The notes under the pieces: generated by a model
The model's database searches: none
The model's input: the letters and a program-made list of their open reading frames with translations, nothing else
What the model was told of the DNA's origin: nothing
Program-made: the position numbers and the translations under genes
Part shown: piece by piece, positions 6,454-11,454 of the stretch
Layout of the letters: the number at the start of each line of letters is the position of its first letter
Position numbering within the stretch: the first letter of the stretch is position 1
NCBI GenBank assembly: GCA_043804515.1
Contig: JAZDIZ010000164.1
Span: forward strand, 1-11,454
Reading direction: 5' to 3'
Length of the DNA stretch: 11,454 nt
Source of the DNA: Pseudomonadota bacterium
GTDB lineage: Bacteria > Bdellovibrionota_G > JALEGL01 > DATDPG01

Positions 6454-7854
6454 TCAGCTCCCGATCTTGTACTCGTCCATCTTCCGGCGGAGGGTGTTGC
6501 GGCTGATTCCGAGAACCCGCGAGGCTTTCACCTGGGAACCCCGCGTCTGCGCCAGGACCTGAGCGATCAGGGCTTTTTCGATCCTGGTGACGACCATGGG
6601 ATGCAGGTCCTTGAGATGGTCCACGCCGAACCTGCGGAAAAGGGATTGCAGCCGCTCTTCCACGATCTCCTCCAAGGCCTGCTCGTCCCGGTGCAAGTCG
6701 CCGTTTCCGTTTGCGACAAAAGGAGCCAGCGCCCGAGCGGAAATATTCCCGCGTCCCACCATGACGCTGGCCGCCCAGAGAACACCTTCCAGTTCCCGGA
6801 TGTTGCCGGGCCAATCGTGTTTGGCCAGAAGCTGTGCGCCTCCGTCGGTGATCCCTTGCGGGCGCGCCCCGTGGTCTCGGCGTACTTTCTCAAGCGCCGC
6901 ACGGAGGATCAAAGAGAAATCCTCTTTGCGCTCGCGCAGTGGCGGGATTCTGAACGCCGTCTTTCGAAATATGTGCCCGAGATCGGGATAAAGGGCGCTG
7001 GTGATCCCCGCTCCGTTCGCCGGCTCCGCAACGGAGAAGACCAGCCTGGCTTCCAACGGAAGCGCCTCACCGCCGCCCACGGGCGAGAAACAGCACGCCC
7101 GGATCGCCTTCGCCAGCCGTTGCTGGACGCGACGGGGAAGGCGCTCGGCCTTGTCGAACAGGACGGTCCCCCCCCGGGCGCGTTCGAGGCAACTGCGCCT
7201 TCGGGGCGGATCCTCGCCGAAGATTTCCCCCTCGATCCTCTCCGGATCAACCGGGTCGCACGAGACCTGCACGAACGGGGAGCCGGCCCTGGATGAGAGG
7301 TGGTGAAGCAGGCGCGCGAAGAGGCGTTTTCCGCACCCCGGCTCGCCGGCCAGCAAGACCGGTTCTTCGGAACTCTTCGCCTCGGCGAGCCATTTCTCGG
7401 CCTGATGTGCCCATTTCCCCGAGCAGAGCAGGGCGGCGTCGGAGCGGAGCGTGAAAGCCGCGGCCTCGCGGACCGCGACGAGTTCGTGTGCTTGATCCAC
7501 GAAATGCTTAGCTCGCGCGAGAAGCGAAGCCGTGACGGCGGCATCGAGGGGAAGCGTCAACCAATCATGAATTCTCCCTCGTTCCTGCAAAGCCAAAGCG
7601 TGGCCCGCGTCTTTCGGCTCGACGAGAAGGACCAGATACGTCGGCAGCCGGACCGCCTCATGCCGCCTCAAGTCCCGGAAGAAATCCCGGTCCAGGAAAA
7701 CGCACGAAAAAGAAAGACGCTGGACGTTGGCGCGAAAATCCTCCAACGATCCGATCCGGCGCACGCGGCATCCCGATTTGATGAGAACTTTCCGGATGTC
7801 CGCCTCGTGGCGGAGATTGCGCAGAGCGACCAGGACTCGGGCGTTGGATTGCAT
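6454..7854 (-). CDS. NtrC/Fis-family regulator (REC-like, degenerate sigma54 AAA+, Fis-type HTH), 466 aa, probably catalytically inactive
   Basis: ATG at 7854 overlaps the dusB stop (TGATG). VLLAGEPGCGK, PFVQVSC, ARGGTVLFDK, IPPLRERKEDF and HDWPGNIRELE. C-terminal IEKALIAQVLAQTRGSQVKASRVLGISRNTLRRKM. Confidence 0.9.
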   Translation of the reverse strand: MQSNARVLVALRNLRHEADIRKVLIKSGCRVRRIGSLEDFRANVQRLSFSCVFLDRDFFRDLRRHEAVRLPTYLVLLVEPKDAGHALALQERGRIHDWLTLPLDAAVTASLLARAKHFVDQAHELVAVREAAAFTLRSDAALLCSGKWAHQAEKWLAEAKSSEEPVLLAGEPGCGKRLFARLLHHLSSRAGSPFVQVSCDPVDPERIEGEIFGEDPPRRRSCLERARGGTVLFDKAERLPRRVQQRLAKAIRACCFSPVGGGEALPLEARLVFSVAEPANGAGITSALYPDLGHIFRKTAFRIPPLRERKEDFSLILRAALEKVRRDHGARPQGITDGGAQLLAKHDWPGNIRELEGVLWAASVMVGRGNISARALAPFVANGNGDLHRDEQALEEIVEERLQSLFRRFGVDHLKDLHPMVVTRIEKALIAQVLAQTRGSQVKASRVLGISRNTLRRKMDEYKIGS

Positions 7855-8825
7855 CAGCGGGAACTCGGGCTCTCCGAAGGATCCAGGCCGTCGAAAAAAC
7901 GTGTAAGTGCCGTAATCATCCCCTCGTACGATTTTTCGCTGAATAGCCGCCTTCGAAATCCGGCGGCATCGCGAAGGCCCTTTGTGTACCACACAATATG
8001 TTTTCGGAAAGTGAGAAGTGCGCGGTCCCGATCCTCGTAAAATGCGAGGTGGTACTCCAGATGCGCCAAAAGAGTGTCGCGGATCTCGATCGCGCTGGGC
8101 CGCCGGCCGGAGAAGATCCACGGGTTACCCAAGGCCCCTCGCGCCACCATCACGCCGTCCACCTTGGTTTCATCCAACATCCGTTCGATGTCCCCGGCGT
8201 GAAGGACGCCGCCGTTTCCCACAACGGGGACGGGGGTCGAGGCCTTGATCTGCGCCAGGAGCGCCCAGTCGACCTTGCCGGCATGGCCCTGAGAGCGTGT
8301 GCGGGCGTGCACGGTGACAAGGCCGGCGCCTTCCTGCGCCGCCAGACGGGCCACTTCCGGACCGGAGCGGTAAGCCTCGTCCCATCCGGAGCGGATCTTG
8401 ACCGTGACCGGAATCCGGACCGCGGCCACGGCAGCGCGGACGAGCTCGGCCGCACGGCTCGGATCTTTGAGAAGGGCCGCGCCGGCCCCTCGCTTGACCA
8501 CGTTCGGGACGGGGCACCCCATGTTGATGTCGATGAACGCGAACCCCGCTTGCTCCGCGCGCTTCGAGGCCTCCGCAAGATGCCCGGGATCCGGAGTGCA
8601 GAACTGAATTCCGACCGGATGCTCCGCCGGATCGATGGCCGTCACGTGCCGCATTTTCTCGGGCGGGGCCAGCAGCATCGCCTCGGCGTGGATCATCTGC
8701 GTGCACGTCACGGCGCAACCGTGTTTTCGGACGATTTTCCGGAACGGGGCGTCCGTGATCCCCTCCATCGGACCCATGAAGAGCGGGCGCTCGAAGCGAA
8801 GGTTTCCAAGTTGAATCGGATTCAT
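7854..8825 (-). CDS. dusB: tRNA-dihydrouridine synthase, DusB/NifR3 type
   Basis: PMEGITDAPFR, IDINMGCP (catalytic Cys), GAGAALL, PVTVKIRSGWD, VHARTR, DGVMVARGALGNPWIF and RKHIVWYTKG. Confidence 0.93.
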   Translation of the reverse strand: MNPIQLGNLRFERPLFMGPMEGITDAPFRKIVRKHGCAVTCTQMIHAEAMLLAPPEKMRHVTAIDPAEHPVGIQFCTPDPGHLAEASKRAEQAGFAFIDINMGCPVPNVVKRGAGAALLKDPSRAAELVRAAVAAVRIPVTVKIRSGWDEAYRSGPEVARLAAQEGAGLVTVHARTRSQGHAGKVDWALLAQIKASTPVPVVGNGGVLHAGDIERMLDETKVDGVMVARGALGNPWIFSGRRPSAIEIRDTLLAHLEYHLAFYEDRDRALLTFRKHIVWYTKGLRDAAGFRRRLFSEKSYEGMITALTRFFDGLDPSESPSSR

Positions 8826-8842
8826 GGGGCTGAAGTGCGCGG

Positions 8843-8871
8843 AAAGTAGCCGGTCCGGGGCGACGCCGCAA
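8843..8871 (-). promoter_or_regulatory. Putative sigma70 promoter for dusB
   Basis: Minus strand TTGCGG (8871-8866), 17-bp spacer, TACTTT (8848-8843). Implies a leader of about 11 nt with no SD. Confidence 0.4.
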
Positions 8872-8921
8872 GAGTTACTCCGGTCAAGACCGGCCTCGCA
8901 AAGTTTGCGGCCATGGACAGC

Positions 8922-8969
8922 TAATTTCCACTTTCCGTGCCGTGCTCATATCGTAACAGGTGGAAATTA
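8922..8969. promoter_or_regulatory. Perfect 10-bp inverted repeat with 28-bp spacer, candidate regulator binding site
   Basis: TAATTTCCAC (8922-8931) and GTGGAAATTA (8960-8969) in the divergent intergenic region. Confidence 0.45.
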
Positions 8970-8992
8970 CAGCATAAAAATCGAGAACAATG

Positions 8993-9008
8993 TGGCATGC
9001 CCGTTGCG
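8993..9008 (+). promoter_or_regulatory. Sigma54 (-24/-12) promoter
   Basis: TGGCATGCCCGTTGCG versus consensus TGGCACG-N4-TTGCW, with exact GG-N10-GC spacing. Predicted +1 near 9019. Confidence 0.7.
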
Positions 9009-9020
9009 TTCTAAGTGTGC

Positions 9021-11168
9021 ATGACGGGGGTCAAACGAAGCACGCGCTTTATCGCACTCCTCGTTCTCGCGCTCTCGTGCTCTTCCGCTTCGGTGGACAA
9101 AGCTGGCGACACCAGCGCTCCATCCGCTTCCGGACGTTTTCTGTATGACACCTCTCACTGCACCGACCTGATCGACAACTCGTGGGTCCACAACTCCGCA
9201 ATTGAGCTGACGCTTCCGAACCGAACGTATTGCTTGGGAGCCTTGACGGCTGGCGCGTCGCTTCAGATCGCTGCAAACGACCTCACGTTCGACGGCTTGG
9301 ACAAGGACTTCGTCTTCAACTCCGGGCTGACGCTCACCGAAAAGCAAAATGTGATCGTGAAGAACGCCCGGTTTGCGGGGGGCGTGACGATCCAAGGGGG
9401 TGGAGTGAACACGATCCTGAATTCCCAGGTTCAGAATCTCTTCATCTGCCGAAGCGATGGCAACAAGGTGATCGGGAACAAGATTCAGGCGGGCAGCGGA
9501 GCCACGCGCGTCGTCCGCATCCACGGGTACGGAACCAACAGCAAGGGAGATTCCAACGGCGATTGCGGCGGCCCCGACCACATCAGCTCGGGAAACCTCC
9601 TCCAGGGAAATTGGATCACGGGGAGCGATGGGTGGGACGCTCGGTTTCTCCAGAGCTTCTACATTCGGGACAATCGGATTCTGGACAACTATTTCGAGAT
9701 GCGGGGGGGCGGGAACATCGCTCAACTGCATTATTCCGAGGCGAACACGATCCAGGGGAACTACTTCAACGCGATCTATCCTCCGACAGAAGCGAATCGC
9801 TGCGATGCGAGCGGTACCTGCGAGGAGTGGTTCGGCTTCGTAATCCGTGACGGCGGGGCTTTCAACCGCGTCATTCGGAACGAATTTCACTCGAACGGTG
9901 ACCACGCTTTTCTGCTCAATCAGCCGGGAAATGAAGCGGTCATCGGCCACGACAACCTTATCCAGAGCAACCGCATCATCCTGCATACCGGGGTCAGCAA
10001 CGACTCCGCGTTCAAACTCATGACCTCCGACGGGAACGAACAGATGGAGAACAACGTGATCTACGCCAACTCGGCGCCGCTCGGCGGCATCGAGACGGGA
10101 ACACCGAATCTCTCGTCGCTGTTCGCCCGTTACGTGAACAATACGGTCTACGTGAAGAACGGCGTCGCGCTGAGCTTCGAGCCTCGGTGGAACGGTGACG
10201 GCCAGGGCAACAATCCGGCGTTTTACGGCACGCAGATCCTCAAGAACAATATCTTCTTTTCCGAAAACACGTTCGGCATGAATGCTTATCAGATGTGGAC
10301 ACTCGATGCTTCGCGGAACGTTTATGTCACGCTCAGCCTCGGAGGATACGCCGTGAGCTACAGCGGGTCTTCCGACATCGGGCGGGTGCTTCTGACTCCT
10401 CAATTCGTTGGCGTTGCGGCTCTCGATTTCGTGTTGACGCCGGGAAGCCCCACGCTGGGGCAAGGGATGATCGTACCCGGGACCCACGTGCCCGGGAATG
10501 TGCACGGTCTTTTCGACGATGCGGATCTCCTGCCTTTCAGCGGGACCGCTCCGGACATCGGCGCCGGTGATGTGCAGATGCCCACACGGCCCACGGACGT
10601 TTCGGCGACGGTCTCGGGCGCGGACGCCGTCATCTCCTGGTCCTCGTCCACGGACAATACCGGCGTGACCGGCTATGAGGTTTATTCCCTGGACGAACCC
10701 GGGCCCACCCTCAAGGCCTCGCCCTCGGCCGGTGCCACGTCGCAGACCGTTTCGGGTCTTGTCGCGAATTCGAATTATCTCTTCTTCGTGAGGGCCAAAG
10801 ACGCCGAGGGGAACCGTTCCCTCTGGTCCGATATCGTGGCCGTGACGGTCGGAATCGACGGCGCGGACCCGACACCGATACCTACGCTGAGGGCCACGCC
10901 AATGCCGACCGTAACACCGACACCCACGCCGACGGCCGAGGCCGGCGATCCGGCGACCGCATCCGAACCGAAAGCGGCCAGCACGAATCCGACTCAACCG
11001 GGCGTCTCGGATACGACGTTCGGCTGCGCGGCTACCGACGGCGGAGCCTCATGGATGTTTCTCTTGGCTGCGTTGGCCGCATTGATCCGGTCATCGCGGT
11101 TCAGCCGGTCGCGCTCCGGCGCCCGCGTTCCTCGTTCACCGAGTAGATCGCCGCGAAGCCCACGATGA
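9021..11168 (+). CDS. Secreted/surface protein: right-handed beta-helix (pectin-lyase-like) domain, FN3 domain, Pro/Thr linker and MYXO-CTERM-like anchor (715 aa)
   Basis: Signal peptide KRSTRFIALLVLALSC. Repeated N-x-I-x-x-N-x-(I/F) strands (NKVIGNKI, NLLQGNWI, NRILDNYF, NTIQGNYF, NRVIRNEF, NLIQSNRI). Cap motif DFVLTPGSP...APDIGA. FN3 SWSSSTDNTGVTGYEVY...VRAKDAEGNRS (about 10581-10847). PTPTPT linker. FGCAA, then a hydrophobic helix and an Arg-rich end. Confidence 0.88.
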   Translation: MTGVKRSTRFIALLVLALSCSSASVDKAGDTSAPSASGRFLYDTSHCTDLIDNSWVHNSAIELTLPNRTYCLGALTAGASLQIAANDLTFDGLDKDFVFNSGLTLTEKQNVIVKNARFAGGVTIQGGGVNTILNSQVQNLFICRSDGNKVIGNKIQAGSGATRVVRIHGYGTNSKGDSNGDCGGPDHISSGNLLQGNWITGSDGWDARFLQSFYIRDNRILDNYFEMRGGGNIAQLHYSEANTIQGNYFNAIYPPTEANRCDASGTCEEWFGFVIRDGGAFNRVIRNEFHSNGDHAFLLNQPGNEAVIGHDNLIQSNRIILHTGVSNDSAFKLMTSDGNEQMENNVIYANSAPLGGIETGTPNLSSLFARYVNNTVYVKNGVALSFEPRWNGDGQGNNPAFYGTQILKNNIFFSENTFGMNAYQMWTLDASRNVYVTLSLGGYAVSYSGSSDIGRVLLTPQFVGVAALDFVLTPGSPTLGQGMIVPGTHVPGNVHGLFDDADLLPFSGTAPDIGAGDVQMPTRPTDVSATVSGADAVISWSSSTDNTGVTGYEVYSLDEPGPTLKASPSAGATSQTVSGLVANSNYLFFVRAKDAEGNRSLWSDIVAVTVGIDGADPTPIPTLRATPMPTVTPTPTPTAEAGDPATASEPKAASTNPTQPGVSDTTFGCAATDGGASWMFLLAALAALIRSSRFSRSRSGARVPRSPSRSPRSPR

Positions 11169-11454
11169 AGAAGACGACCAGTGACAGCGCGGCCAGGCGC
11201 TGGCTGTGCGTCACGTAGGAAATGGTTCCGAATAAAATCGGCCCCGTGATGGCCGAGAACTTCCCGCACAAACCTTTGAACGAGAAATAGGTTCCTTCCC
11301 CGCCCCGCGGGACCAACTGTGCGTACAAAGCGCGGGTCGTGGATTGCGTCGAGCCCAAGCCGACCCCCACGAGACAGGCCAGGAAATAGAAAAGCGCGCG
11401 GGAAGTGCACGCGGCGATCGCCACGACGGTGATCGTCCAGAGAACGAGCGTTCC
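11101..11454 (-). CDS. MFS transporter, UMF1/Atg22-like (C-terminal part; 5' end lies outside the window)
   Basis: Frame is open to the window edge. Hydrophobic helices with G.TQSTTRALYAQLVP...YFSF...GKFSAITGPILFG...SQRLAALSLVVFFIVG. Confidence 0.85.
   Translation of the reverse strand, partial: GTLVLWTITVVAIAACTSRALFYFLACLVGVGLGSTQSTTRALYAQLVPRGGEGTYFSFKGLCGKFSAITGPILFGTISYVTHSQRLAALSLVVFFIVGFAAIYSVNEERGRRSATG

Noticed and set aside
7855..8121. 89-aa N-terminal extension of the regulator in the 555-aa ORF call
   Set aside because: It lies inside dusB in another frame. The TGATG coupling and the receiver Asp falling at residue 55 support ATG 7854.
8205..8222. Dus GNGGV instead of NGD(I/V)
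   Set aside because: NGG occurs in other Dus subfamilies, and the catalytic Cys and other motifs are intact.
8967..10997. 676-aa minus-strand ORF opposite the surface protein
   Set aside because: Antisense shadow. The + strand has a coherent signal peptide, beta-helix, FN3 and anchor, while this frame has no recognisable domain.

Overview
GC-rich bacterial window. Gene order and a MYXO-CTERM-like sorting signal suggest a deltaproteobacterial-grade lineage (inference only). The + strand carries a housekeeping cluster: ispE, tRNA-Gln(UUG), prs, rplY/ctc, pth, a single ORF fusing rpsF (S6) to rpsR (S18), rplI and dnaB. The - strand carries dusB translationally coupled to a full-length NtrC-like protein whose receiver and AAA+ catalytic motifs are eroded but whose Fis-type HTH is intact. 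Divergent from dusB, behind a sigma54-type promoter, lies a secreted beta-helix/FN3 surface protein, followed by the 3' end of a convergent MFS transporter. Main observations: (1) an in-frame S6-S18 fusion with an SD-sequestering leader and a possible internal S18 start; (2) dusB with a pseudo-NtrC and no ntrB, resembling an intermediate between dusB-ntrBC and dusB-fis; (3) a ~310-nt nested inverted-repeat element after dnaB and a ~100-nt REP/MITE-like element before it; (4) signs of leaderless transcription. All calls come from reading the sequence by eye; no searches or folding programs were run.
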